Assembly: GCA_003161635.1 (NCBI GenBank)
Contig: PMOA01000050.1
Coordinates: 3,091 to 67,090 of the forward strand
DNA length: 64,000 nucleotides
Source: Limisphaerales bacterium
GTDB taxonomy: Bacteria > Verrucomicrobiota > Verrucomicrobiia > Limisphaerales > UBA11358
Direction of reading: 5' to 3'
Below, piece after piece: positions 9,146 through 18,298 of the stretch. The notes beneath the pieces are model-generated. The model had not been told where the DNA came from, searched no databases, and worked only from the letters and a program-made list of their open reading frames with translations. A program made the translations under genes and the position numbers. Each line of letters opens with the position of its first letter. Within the stretch, counting starts at the first letter, position 1.

Positions 9146-9844
9146 TCAAGCGCGTTTTGGAGTCTTTCGATTTTGTGTTGGTAAGAACCAAGTAGCCAAA
9201 GCGATTGCAATCAACGGCAGCGGGGTATTTAACAGCATGGCTACTAGCAATCCCTGTTCTGCATGATTCAAGCGAGCGTAACTTAAAGATTTAATCATGC
9301 TGCAGGTCTCAAGGGTTAGAAACATGATTGTCAGCACTAGGCAGAAAATAATACGCGACTTCAACAGTAATTTTAACTTCAGCCCTGCTCGCGGAATTCG
9401 GTTGTGTGTGAGAAAAAGAGCAAAAGCCAGCAAGGGCAACAAAAACAGCAAAAGAAAAACTAAGTTCGCACCTGGCGCCTGATGCAACCAAATCGTATCG
9501 GGGAATAATGCACGCAATGCATCTTCCAAAAACCCGCAAAAGTGTGACCAAAAAGTAAAAGTCAATGTGGCAATAGCCATCCAAAAAATCCTTTCGCGCC
9601 AGATTTTGGCCGGGTCGGCTTTGACAAATTCCTCGCCGAGTTGTTGCGGCTGGCCGACGCGCCGGCGCGCCAGCCAGAAGGATTCTTCATCGTTCAAACC
9701 GCGTTGCTGAAATCCGGTGATAGCATCGCGCAGGTGCGTTTCCAATTCGCGTCGGACATCCAACGTGAGACCAGCTTGCGCAGCCAGTTCCTGCCGCCAG
9801 TTTTCAATCGCGGTGTTCAGATCGTAACGGGTTTGATTTTCCAT
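9146..9844 (-). CDS. membrane protein with PadR-associated N-terminal helical prefix domain
   Basis: From ATG 9844 the protein begins MENQTRYDLNTAIENWRQELAAQAGLTLDVRRELETHLRD, the pattern typical of proteins encoded after PadR genes. Four to five TM helices follow. The track ORF start (9964) lies inside the PadR gene. Confidence 0.65.
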   Translation of the reverse strand: MENQTRYDLNTAIENWRQELAAQAGLTLDVRRELETHLRDAITGFQQRGLNDEESFWLARRRVGQPQQLGEEFVKADPAKIWRERIFWMAIATLTFTFWSHFCGFLEDALRALFPDTIWLHQAPGANLVFLLLFLLPLLAFALFLTHNRIPRAGLKLKLLLKSRIIFCLVLTIMFLTLETCSMIKSLSYARLNHAEQGLLVAMLLNTPLPLIAIALATWFLPTQNRKTPKRA

Positions 9845-10170
9845 AATTTGCTCAAGGTGTTGTGAACGGTCAGCCATTGCTGGCGTTCGGTTTTGAGAAC
9901 TTTGCGTCCGTCGGAACTGATGAAATAGTATTTCCGCTGGCGTCCGGTGTCGGCTTCCTTCCATTCGGAATCAATCAGGCCGTCGCGCTCCAGCCGGTGC
10001 AGCACCGGGTAAAGCATTCCATCGCTCCACTCGATGTGGCCGCCGGAAAGCTCGCGGACTTTCTGGATGATTTCGTAGCCGTAACTTTCGCCTTCGGCAA
10101 GGATGGACAGCAGCAGCGGTTTCGTGGAGGCGGCCACCATGTCTTTAGCAAGCATGGCGGTCTTATACAT
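9817..10170 (-). CDS. PadR family transcriptional regulator
   Basis: LLLSILAEGESYGYEIIQKV...MLYPVLHRLERDGLIDSEW...RKYYFISSDG winged-helix signature. Confidence 0.9.
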   Translation of the reverse strand: MYKTAMLAKDMVAASTKPLLLSILAEGESYGYEIIQKVRELSGGHIEWSDGMLYPVLHRLERDGLIDSEWKEADTGRQRKYYFISSDGRKVLKTERQQWLTVHNTLSKLWKIKPVTI

Positions 10171-10185
10171 TGAACTGTAATGTAT
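10165..10185. promoter_or_regulatory. candidate PadR operator palindrome
   Basis: ATACATT-GAACTGT-AATGTAT has 7-bp perfect arms. The arms contain the start codons of both divergent genes (CAT 10168-10170 and ATG 10184-10186). Confidence 0.4.
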
Positions 10186-11947
10186 GTCAACAGAAAAATT
10201 GCGCTCAAAAACATTGGCGGCTATTTTTCACACGGTGTCCGAACCGAAAACCAAACCTGTACCCGCGCCGCTGTGGTTGCTCGTGCGCGTCAACGCGCTT
10301 CAAAGCTGGCGGCGGCTTTTGTCCGTGCGCGATCAATCGCGGTTGCTTACCGGCATCATCGCGCTGTTCCTGGCCGGTTATCTCGTCGTGTCGTTCGGGC
10401 TGTTCTATCACGGGCTGAGATTCATAGCGAAATTTCCGGGCCTGGGTGCGGTGCTTACGGAGCGGCTGATGTATGTGTTGTTCGCATTTTTGTTCGCGCT
10501 GCTGCTGTTGAGCAACCTCATCATCGGCTACACCAATTTGTTCCGCAATCGGGAGACGGCGTTTCTGCTGACGCTGCCGGTTCCGACCCAGACTATTTTC
10601 CGCTGGAAATTCATCGAATCCACGGTGCTGGCGTCGTGGGCGTTTGTTTTTTTGATTGCGCCGTTGCTCGCGGCGTTTGGTTTGTTGCGCGGAGTGCCAT
10701 GGCATTTCTATCCGGTGACGATGGTGCTCATCGCACTGTTTATCGTGCTGCCGGGCGTGCTGGGCGCGGTTCTGGCAATTTGGGTGGGGAGATTTTTGGA
10801 CCGGCGCAGTTTTCAAATCGCCATGATCGGAACGGCCATCGTTTTGCTGGCGGTGGCGGCGTTTTGGTGGAAGGCCCAGCCGGTTGACGACGAGTTGCTC
10901 GACAAGCGCACACTCGAAGCGCTCGATCTGCTGCTCGCCAAGACACGATTCACAATGTTTCCGTTTCTGCCGAGCTACTGGCTGTCGTCGTCCGTGTTGC
11001 AATGGGCCGAAGGCGTCCTGCGCGGCGCGGCATTTTTCACGCTGGTGCTGTTGAGCTACGCGCTGTTTTTCGGCGGAATTGCGTTCACATGGTTTGGCAA
11101 TGTGTTTTACAACACGGCGTCGGCGGTGCAAAGCCGCGCGGGCGGCGGATGGAATTGGTTTCACGCCCGCCAGAACCGCCGGCATTCCGCCGGCTTGCTT
11201 GAAAAAAGCGCGGCGAAATTATCCTGGCTCGACCGCGACACGCGCGCGCTGGCGGTCAAAGACCTGCGGATGTTCTGGCGGGACACCACGCAATGGGGCC
11301 AGTCCGTGATGCTGTTCGGCCTGCTGGGCGTCTATATCATCAACCTGCGCAATTTCACGCACCACTTGACCAGCCCGTTTTGGGTCAACCTGGTCGCATT
11401 TCTGAATCTCGGCGTTTGCTCGTTAAATCTCGCCTCGGTGACGACGCGGTTCGTGTTCCCGCAATTTTCGCTGGAAGGCCGGCGGCTGTGGATCATCGGC
11501 ATGGCGCCGATGGGCATGGCGCGCGTGGTCAAAACCAAGTTCTGGCTGGCCAGCATCTCGTCGCTGTTTGTCACGTCCGGCCTCATCACGCTGTCTTGTT
11601 ATCTGCTCAAGATGAGTTGGGACCGCGTGCTGTTTTTTGCCGCGGTGATTACCGTAATGACGTTCGCACTCAATGGTCTCGCCATCGGACTGGGTGTCCT
11701 TTATCCCAACCTGAAGGAGGCCAACCTGAACAAAATCGTCAGCGGTTTTGGGGGCACGCTCTGCTTCGTGCTGAGTTCGTTTTACATCCTGGCCTCCGTG
11801 CTGTTGCTGGTGTTTGGCGCGGCCGGCCTGCACTCGCGCGCAAGCTGGGCGGCAGAAGGCATCACCGGCTTTGTGCTGCTGTCCGTTTGCATCGGCTGGC
11901 TCCCGTTGAAATTGGGACTGCGGCAATTGAAAAATTTCGAGGCGTGA
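10184..11947 (+). CDS. polytopic membrane protein (putative ABC-exporter-like permease family)
   Basis: 587 aa with at least 12 hydrophobic helices. The N-terminal LWLLVRVNALQSWRRLL motif resembles putative-ABC-exporter domain proteins, but the functional call is weak. Confidence 0.75.
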   Translation: MSTEKLRSKTLAAIFHTVSEPKTKPVPAPLWLLVRVNALQSWRRLLSVRDQSRLLTGIIALFLAGYLVVSFGLFYHGLRFIAKFPGLGAVLTERLMYVLFAFLFALLLLSNLIIGYTNLFRNRETAFLLTLPVPTQTIFRWKFIESTVLASWAFVFLIAPLLAAFGLLRGVPWHFYPVTMVLIALFIVLPGVLGAVLAIWVGRFLDRRSFQIAMIGTAIVLLAVAAFWWKAQPVDDELLDKRTLEALDLLLAKTRFTMFPFLPSYWLSSSVLQWAEGVLRGAAFFTLVLLSYALFFGGIAFTWFGNVFYNTASAVQSRAGGGWNWFHARQNRRHSAGLLEKSAAKLSWLDRDTRALAVKDLRMFWRDTTQWGQSVMLFGLLGVYIINLRNFTHHLTSPFWVNLVAFLNLGVCSLNLASVTTRFVFPQFSLEGRRLWIIGMAPMGMARVVKTKFWLASISSLFVTSGLITLSCYLLKMSWDRVLFFAAVITVMTFALNGLAIGLGVLYPNLKEANLNKIVSGFGGTLCFVLSSFYILASVLLLVFGAAGLHSRASWAAEGITGFVLLSVCIGWLPLKLGLRQLKNFEA

Positions 11948-11954
11948 ATCATCT

Positions 11955-12108
11955 GTAGCAGCCGAGGTAACGAGGCTCATTTCAAATGCAGAAGGCAGAA
12001 TGAAGAATGATGAAGCTATTCCGGGACCGTTTCACGTCAAATAGATGTTTTTTCATTCAGCATTCTTTTTTCATCCTTCAGTTTGAGCCTCCTCACGTCG
12101 GCTCCTAC
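11955..12108. repeat. REP/MITE-like long palindromic element (GTAG...CTAC)
   Basis: GTAGCAGCCGAGGTAACGAGGCTCATTTCAAA ... TTTGAGCCTCCTCACGTCGGCTCCTAC, with a second internal inverted repeat (GAAGGCAGAATGAAGAATGATGAAG / CATTCAGCATTCTTTTTTCATCCTTC). The right end overlaps the coaB stop codon. Confidence 0.8.
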
Positions 12109-12761
12109 GGGGAACGCACAAATTTATCCAACGCTTCAAACAACAACGGCGCACTCGACAGATGCACCACCTTGCCATCCCGCGCCACCAAACCAAAGCC
12201 CTCACCGTAAGCCGGACCGTTCGCAATACACAAATCGGTTGAACATTCGGCGATTTGCCGTTGGGCGGCGCTGATGGCATCGGCGCGCGCGCCGTCCGCC
12301 TCGAATTTCCATCCCACAATTCGCGTTCGCGGAAACCAACCGCGCAGCCCGGCAATGATTTTTGGCGTCGCCACCAGCTCGACGAGCCACTTGCCCTGCC
12401 GCGTGGAAATTTTATTGACCGCCTTGATTTCGGCGAGTTTGCCGGCTTCGTTGGGCGTGAAAATTCTTCCGAAGGCGAAATCGCTGACCGCCGCCGCGTG
12501 AAAAATCGCGTCCACTTTTTTGGACGACACCGCTTTCAGCTTTTCGCGCAGATCAGTCGTCGTGGTGAAAGTCTCCACTCGCTGCGCGCGCCGTTCACCG
12601 CCATGCGTGGCCATGGTGCCAATGAGCAGAATCACCTTGTGGCCGCGCGCCGCCAGAAAATTGGCCAGCTCCGTGCCGAGGCGGCCGGTCGAGAAATTCG
12701 TGAGCCGCCGCACGTCGTCCAGCGGCTCATAAGTGGGTCCGGCGGTGACGATGCAGTTCAT
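12105..12761 (-). CDS. coaB: phosphopantothenate-cysteine ligase domain protein (stand-alone CoaB-like)
   Basis: IVTAGPTYEPLDDVRRLTNFSTGRLG matches the CoaB motif (TAGgT.EpiDpVR.itN.SSGk.G). There is no CoaC flavoprotein domain. Confidence 0.8.
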   Translation of the reverse strand: MNCIVTAGPTYEPLDDVRRLTNFSTGRLGTELANFLAARGHKVILLIGTMATHGGERRAQRVETFTTTTDLREKLKAVSSKKVDAIFHAAAVSDFAFGRIFTPNEAGKLAEIKAVNKISTRQGKWLVELVATPKIIAGLRGWFPRTRIVGWKFEADGARADAISAAQRQIAECSTDLCIANGPAYGEGFGLVARDGKVVHLSSAPLLFEALDKFVRSP

Positions 12762-12820
12762 GCCGCAATGATACGGCGGACGGCGGAGGTAGGCGAGTGC
12801 GATTCAAACCCGTTGATCCT

Positions 12821-12889
12821 GTAGGAGACGACGTGAGGAGTCTCAAATTTTCAGGAATACAGTTAGAGACTCGTTACCTCGTCTCCTAC
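12821..12889. repeat. REP-like palindromic element (GTAG...CTAC)
   Basis: GTAGGAGACGACGTGAGGAGTCTCAAA...GAGACTCGTTACCTCGTCTCCTAC. The arm sequence is related to the 11955-12108 element. Confidence 0.85.
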
Positions 12890-13021
12890 GGCAGAAAAAT
12901 CACGTTGGGATTGAGCCGGACGTAACGGCGGCTCGGCAGAGCGCCGCAAAACCAACGGGAGTATTTCAGATGGCGGCTTTCTCCCGAAAGCCGCTACGCC
13001 GCGAGAAACGATTTCATTTTT

Positions 13022-14632
13022 TCAGCGGGCGAAGTCAGCGGGCGAAAACTTTTGGTTTACGACAATGTTCTCGTGCGTCTGGGTGGAAACAATTTTTCCA
13101 GACCCTATCGCGCTTTGAGCCTGTTGAGCCTGTTTGGTTATCGTCTGCAACTGCGTTCTCATCGCCGCGACGGCTTCAGGTGTTGCCGGTTTGTTTTGTC
13201 GTTCCACCATCGCTTTTATTTGCGAATCGCTAAATTGCGGCAGAGTGATGGACGCTCCTTCCACGATTGTTTGGGCTTGATGAATAAGATAATCCTGCTT
13301 ACCGATCCAAAACGTAGTGGTTGTTTTTCCCACCTTGCCCGCGTTATTCGGCAGCTTTCCTTTGCTGGGCAGGTTTGCCGCGTCTATGATGGTGGATAGA
13401 ACAAAACAATCAACGTCATCAACTGTCTCGTCTTTAAGTTTTTGAAGCGTAGATTTGGCCGGATTCAATTTTAGAACATTACCCCAGTTTTGGTTGAAGA
13501 AAGTTCCGGGAATGGTCGATGAAGCTTGGCCCGAAATACCTGTGGCATCGGCCAATGCCGTTTGCATATCCCGACACTTTTCTGGTTGGGCGTTGTATTG
13601 CCCATGTTTCATCACCAAAAAGTCACCGTTTCCAGCAGACCACACGGTTCCACCGTTGGTAAAGAATGCCGTCGTTTGAGTCCATTCGATGCGATAAAGA
13701 TTTGGACGCTGCAACCGAATGTTAAAAGTAGTCGGGATAGTTTGATTGCCAACTTCAGCGGAAATTTTCCCGCTGTCGCTGTAACTGGAAAGCGCGGCGT
13801 AAGCATCTTGTGACTTCTTGATAATTTCCTGCGCCAGTTTGTCGTCGCTGCTGGTTTGAGAAATGGCCACTGTCACCGCACCGCCCGCCAATAAAATTCC
13901 GGCGGTGATGCCGATGGCCAGTTTTAGTTTTGCGTAGGACATAATTTTTAGAGTTCCTTTCACAATGGTTGTTATTGATGTCGTAACCGCCGCTCCTTTT
14001 GCCGCCACGACAGAAACTTTCACCGCCAGTCCCACAGGCGCAGCCTGCACCGAGTTTGCCGCCACCGCTCCGGCGATGACCGTAGCCGTCAGCGTCACAC
14101 CGCGTTTCACAAAGATGGCGCGCAGTTTTTCCAGCGCCCGTGCCACGCGTTTCTGCGCCGCGGCTTCTTCCATCCGCAAAGCCCCGGCGATTTCGCGGGC
14201 GGTTTTGTTCTCGAAGAACCGCAGCACCAGCGCGGTGCGGTCGGTTTCGCCCAATTCGGCCAAGGCGTCATCAAGCAGCGGCGCGAGTTGCGCCCAGGCG
14301 TCGGTGTCCGGCTGGTTCAAGATGGATTGCATGTGCGCCTCCTGTTCGCGGGCCTGACGGCGGCGTCTGGCTCTGAGAGCATCCGCTGCCGCGTAGCGTG
14401 TGGTGCGATACAGCCACGCGGAGAGAATGGTCTTCGGTCCGAGCGACACGGCTTTGCGCGCGAGGATGATGAACACAGCCTGAGTGATTTCCTCCGCCAG
14501 ATGCGCGTCGCCCACCTGCCGCAGTGCCGCCGAGTGGACGAGGGCGATGTGCCGTTCCACAAGCGCGGCAAACGCCGGTTCGGATTGATTGGCGGCGAAC
14601 CCCCGCACCAACGTCATGTCATCGCTCATCAT
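13022..14632 (-). CDS. ECF sigma-70 factor fused to a transmembrane segment and a ~270-aa C-terminal extracytoplasmic domain
   Basis: Region 2 (FAALVERHIALVHSAALRQVGDAHLAEEITQAVF) and region 4 (LGETDRTALVLRFFENKTAREIAGALRMEEAAAQKRVARALEKLR), then an Ala/Val/Thr-rich hydrophobic tract and a TM helix (LKLAIGITAGILLAGGAVTVAI), then a globular domain. All lie in one ORF with no internal stop. Confidence 0.9.
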   Translation of the reverse strand: MMSDDMTLVRGFAANQSEPAFAALVERHIALVHSAALRQVGDAHLAEEITQAVFIILARKAVSLGPKTILSAWLYRTTRYAAADALRARRRRQAREQEAHMQSILNQPDTDAWAQLAPLLDDALAELGETDRTALVLRFFENKTAREIAGALRMEEAAAQKRVARALEKLRAIFVKRGVTLTATVIAGAVAANSVQAAPVGLAVKVSVVAAKGAAVTTSITTIVKGTLKIMSYAKLKLAIGITAGILLAGGAVTVAISQTSSDDKLAQEIIKKSQDAYAALSSYSDSGKISAEVGNQTIPTTFNIRLQRPNLYRIEWTQTTAFFTNGGTVWSAGNGDFLVMKHGQYNAQPEKCRDMQTALADATGISGQASSTIPGTFFNQNWGNVLKLNPAKSTLQKLKDETVDDVDCFVLSTIIDAANLPSKGKLPNNAGKVGKTTTTFWIGKQDYLIHQAQTIVEGASITLPQFSDSQIKAMVERQNKPATPEAVAAMRTQLQTITKQAQQAQSAIGSGKIVSTQTHENIVVNQKFSPADFAR

Positions 14633-14666
14633 CTATACATGGCCGCCCGGCGTGGATTCGGACAAT

Positions 14667-15407
14667 TTATTTAAGCCACCACGCGAGCAGCGGCGCGACG
14701 GCGAGTCCCGGCAGAAAATTCGCCAGTTCGACCCGGCGGACCTCAAAAATCATCAACGCAATGGCGCACGCGATCAGGCCGGCGGCGGCATTGACCGGAT
14801 CAACCAGACCGTGCACGGTGAGAAACGGTTTCGCGTAAAACTGGCAGGCGAACGTGATGGCACTGAGAAAAATGAAAGCTGGAAACGCCGACAGGGCGGA
14901 CGGCCAGCCGAATACTTTCACGAAACCGGTCATGGCCAAACCGTCCATCACGGCTTTGATCGCCAGCAGCCAAAAGCAACCAAACTGGCCGCCTTGGCTT
15001 GGTAATCCATCCGTCACCGCGCCGAGCAGACCCAGGGGCGCGGCGCAAAATAAAATTGTACACGCGATGAAGCCGCCGCCGATTTTACGCGGCGCGTCCG
15101 ATTGTGCCGACACGATCAAACTGCCAGCGTAACGGCCAAGACGATTCGATAATTTTTGCAGGCGCAGCAGTTTGCCCGTCCAAAACCCGAGCGTGACGGC
15201 AAGGACGGCAATGAATATCTGCTTCGCCACCGACAAAAAAGTTCCGCTCACGCTCAACCAAACTAGTTGCAGGCCGAAGAAAATGGTGCCGGCGCCGAGT
15301 GCCGAACGAAAGAAAATCTGCGTTCGGATGGACAGCGGTTTGCGCAGCGCCAAACCGAACAGCCCCCCGATCAAAATGCCCATTGCGTTAAGAAATGCGC
15401 CGGTCAC
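14667..15407 (-). CDS. DUF554 (YdfK/YqgA-like) membrane protein
   Basis: TGAFLNAMGILIGGLFGL N-terminus and overall hydrophobic pattern. The start is GTG 15407 or ATG 15383; the track start at 15497 is probably too far upstream. Confidence 0.8.
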   Translation of the reverse strand: MTGAFLNAMGILIGGLFGLALRKPLSIRTQIFFRSALGAGTIFFGLQLVWLSVSGTFLSVAKQIFIAVLAVTLGFWTGKLLRLQKLSNRLGRYAGSLIVSAQSDAPRKIGGGFIACTILFCAAPLGLLGAVTDGLPSQGGQFGCFWLLAIKAVMDGLAMTGFVKVFGWPSALSAFPAFIFLSAITFACQFYAKPFLTVHGLVDPVNAAAGLIACAIALMIFEVRRVELANFLPGLAVAPLLAWWLK

Positions 15408-15555
15408 ACGCTGACTCAACGCGGGGCGCGGCCAAAGCGCAAGCCGGAAAATGCGCAGGGTGGGGCTGGCACTCCAAATCAACCCGAAATGCGGCACTAC
15501 GGAGAAAGCCCCTGCCTGCTTGCCCGCATGGCTTTGGCCTGTTACTCAAACGCGG

Positions 15556-16845
15556 ATGGCCGACGCAAAAACCAGTCCCCGCAGTCCGTGGTTTTGGATT
15601 CCCACGCTTTATGTGGCCGAAGGACTGCCTTATGCGCTGGCGATGTCGGTGTCGCTGGTACTTTATAAAAACCTCGGCGTGTCGAACACGGACATTGCGT
15701 TCTACACGAGCTGGCTTTATCTGCCATGGGTCATCAAGCCGCTGTGGAGTCCGGTGGTGGATTTGCTCAAAACCCGGCGGCTGTGGATTTGGATGACACA
15801 ATTGCTCCTCGGCGCGGGTCTGGCGGGCGTGGCACTGACCATTCCCGCGCCGCATTTTTTCCAGCTCACGCTCGCATTTTTCTGGTTGCTGGCATTCAGT
15901 TCCGCGACGCACGACATTGCGGCGGACGGCTTTTACATGCTGGCGATGACCGAACGCGAGCAGGCGTTTTTCAGCGGCATCCGCAGCACGTTTTACCGCG
16001 TGGCAATGATTTGCGCACAGGGCGGGCTGGTAAGTCTGGCCGGAAAATTTTACCAGCGCACCGGCGATTATTCGACCGCATGGTTGATGGCGTTTGTGTT
16101 CGTCGCCGGATTTTTTTTGTGTCTGGGCATTTATCACTGTTTCATCCTGCCCCAGCCACCGGCGGATCACCCCGGGAGGATTGGTTCGTCAGAAACTTTC
16201 TTCGCCGGATTTTTTAAAACCTTCGGCACGTTTTTCCAGAAACCAAAAATCGTCGCGCTCCTGCTCTTTTTACTGCTCTACCGGCTGGGCGAGGCGCAAC
16301 TCGTTAAAATGGTTCAACTGTTTCTGCTCGACCCGCGCGAAAAAGGCGGGCTGGGATTGGTGAACGAACAAGTCGGTCTGGCTTACGGTACGATTGGCGT
16401 CATCGCGTTGATGCTCGGCGGATTGCTCGGCGGTTTTGTTGTGGCGCGGCACGGACTGAAATTCTGGCTGTGGCCGATGCTGCTGGCGATTCATCTGCCG
16501 GACGCGGTGTTCATCTGGCTGGCTTACGCGCAGCCGGACAACTTTTGGGCGATTGGCACGGGCGTCGCCGTCGAGCAATTCGGCTACGGCTTCGGTTTCA
16601 CGGCGTTCATGCTTTACATGATTTACATCGCGCGCGGCGAACATCAGACGGCGCACTACGCGATTTGCACGGGCTTCATGGCGCTGGGCATGATGCTGCC
16701 GGGCATGTGGAGCGGCTGGTTGCAGGAACATATCGGCTATCCGCATTTCTTCATCTGGGTGCTGCTGGCAACGATTCCGAGCTTCATCGTCGCACTGCAA
16801 ATCCCGCTCGAGGCGGAGTTTGGCCGGCGTCGTCAGGCCGGCTGA
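15556..16845 (+). CDS. ampG: MFS transporter, AmpG (muropeptide permease)-like
   Basis: From ATG 15556: WFWIPTLYVAEGLPYALAMSVSLVLYKNLGVSNTDIAFYTSWLYLPWVIKPLWSPVVD matches the AmpG N-terminal pattern. Twelve or more TM helices. Confidence 0.75.
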   Translation: MADAKTSPRSPWFWIPTLYVAEGLPYALAMSVSLVLYKNLGVSNTDIAFYTSWLYLPWVIKPLWSPVVDLLKTRRLWIWMTQLLLGAGLAGVALTIPAPHFFQLTLAFFWLLAFSSATHDIAADGFYMLAMTEREQAFFSGIRSTFYRVAMICAQGGLVSLAGKFYQRTGDYSTAWLMAFVFVAGFFLCLGIYHCFILPQPPADHPGRIGSSETFFAGFFKTFGTFFQKPKIVALLLFLLLYRLGEAQLVKMVQLFLLDPREKGGLGLVNEQVGLAYGTIGVIALMLGGLLGGFVVARHGLKFWLWPMLLAIHLPDAVFIWLAYAQPDNFWAIGTGVAVEQFGYGFGFTAFMLYMIYIARGEHQTAHYAICTGFMALGMMLPGMWSGWLQEHIGYPHFFIWVLLATIPSFIVALQIPLEAEFGRRRQAG

Positions 16846-16903
16846 ATTGACGCCGAAAAGAATTGCTTTGAACGCACCGGCCTTTCCAAAATCCAAGGTC
16901 ATA

Positions 16904-18298
16904 ATGAAATCAACCTGTTTCAACTGTTCCCGCCGGACGCTCATCCTGGCGTTGCTGTCGGGCACGGCGCTGTTCGGATTTTCACCGGGTGCCCGCGCGG
17001 AATTGTCGTTCATCTTCACCAACTCCACGGCCGCCGCCATGCCGCGCCGCCCGAGCATCATTTTGATTGTCGCCGACGATCTTGGCTACGGTGATTTGAG
17101 CTGCTACGGCCAGACGAAATTCCAGACGCCGAATCTCGACCGGCTCGCCGCCGGGGGCATTCGCTTCACGAGTTACTATGCGGGCGACGCGGTGAGTTCA
17201 CCGTCACGCGCGTCGTTAATGCTGGGCAAGGATTCGGGTCACTTGAAACAGCGCGCCGACGTGGACGTGCCGCTGACGGCGGACGACATCACCGTCGCGC
17301 AAGTGCTCCAGCAATCCGGCTATCATACGGCCTTGATTGGCGAATGGGATTTGGGTGGTGACGGCACGAGTGGCGCACCATGGAACAAGGGTTTTGATGA
17401 ATTCGCCGGTTACTTCGATTCCGCCGATGCAGAAAATTATTACGCCGACTATATCTGGCGGCATGATCCCACGACCGGTTTTCACGGCAGGGAAATGCTG
17501 TATCCGAACACCGGCGAAAAAAAAAGCCAATACCTTCCCGATATATTCACGACAGCAGCGATAAACTTCGTCAAAAATAATCAACCTGACCAGTTCAACC
17601 GCTATCGCCCGTTTTTCCTGCTGCTGAATTACAAAATGCCGGGCGTTGGCAAGGCAGCGGTCCCAACCGACGCGCCGTTCTCCGGCGAATCGTGGCCGCA
17701 GCCGGAAAAAAACCAAGCCGCCATGATTGCGCGGCTCGACGGCTACATCGGGCAACTGCTCGAACAATTGCAAAAGCTCGGCATGACAAACAACACGGTG
17801 ATTTTCTTCACCAGCGACACCGGGCCGCAAACGAACGGCGGCGTTGGTCTAAAATTTTTCCAAAGCGCCGGGCCGTTTCGCGGCATCCGCGGCGACCTTT
17901 ACGACGGCGGCCTGCGAGTGCCAATGATTGTGCATTGGCCGGGTAAAATTCCTGCCGGCCAGGTCAGTGATTTTCCCTGCGCGGCGTGGGATTTTCTGCC
18001 GACGGCGACGGACATTGCCCTGATCCAATCGCCGACGAACATTGACGGCATTTCCATTTTGACGACGCTGTTTAACCAAATCCAAACCAACCGGCATGAG
18101 TCGTTTTATTGGAAGCTCCAAAGTCGCGATGAGGCCCAGGCCGTTCGCATGGGAGATTGGAAGGTTATGCGTTCAAAAGCCGATGCGCCACTGGAACTTT
18201 ACAATCTCAAAACTGATCCGGGCGAAACCAACAACGTCGCAGGTAAAAATCCTGATGTAATCAAAAGGTTCCAGGGCGTCTTGAAAAACAGCCGCTAA
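16904..18298 (+). CDS. arylsulfatase-family sulfatase (Ser-type active-site motif)
   Basis: Signal peptide, IVADDLGYGDLSCYG, and the active-site box SSPSRASLMLG (S-x-P-x-R rather than C-x-P-x-R). Confidence 0.9.
   Translation: MKSTCFNCSRRTLILALLSGTALFGFSPGARAELSFIFTNSTAAAMPRRPSIILIVADDLGYGDLSCYGQTKFQTPNLDRLAAGGIRFTSYYAGDAVSSPSRASLMLGKDSGHLKQRADVDVPLTADDITVAQVLQQSGYHTALIGEWDLGGDGTSGAPWNKGFDEFAGYFDSADAENYYADYIWRHDPTTGFHGREMLYPNTGEKKSQYLPDIFTTAAINFVKNNQPDQFNRYRPFFLLLNYKMPGVGKAAVPTDAPFSGESWPQPEKNQAAMIARLDGYIGQLLEQLQKLGMTNNTVIFFTSDTGPQTNGGVGLKFFQSAGPFRGIRGDLYDGGLRVPMIVHWPGKIPAGQVSDFPCAAWDFLPTATDIALIQSPTNIDGISILTTLFNQIQTNRHESFYWKLQSRDEAQAVRMGDWKVMRSKADAPLELYNLKTDPGETNNVAGKNPDVIKRFQGVLKNSR

Noticed and set aside
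10205-11185. 326-aa minus-strand ORF opposite the 587-aa membrane protein gene
   Set aside because: The product is extremely Arg/Gln/His-rich with no hydrophobic core. The plus-strand product has coherent TM helices.
12007-12355. Small ORFs (12007..12210, 12071..12355, 12083..12274) at the coaB 3' flank
   Set aside because: They lie inside the REP-like palindromic element or antisense to coaB, and their peptides are repeat-derived.
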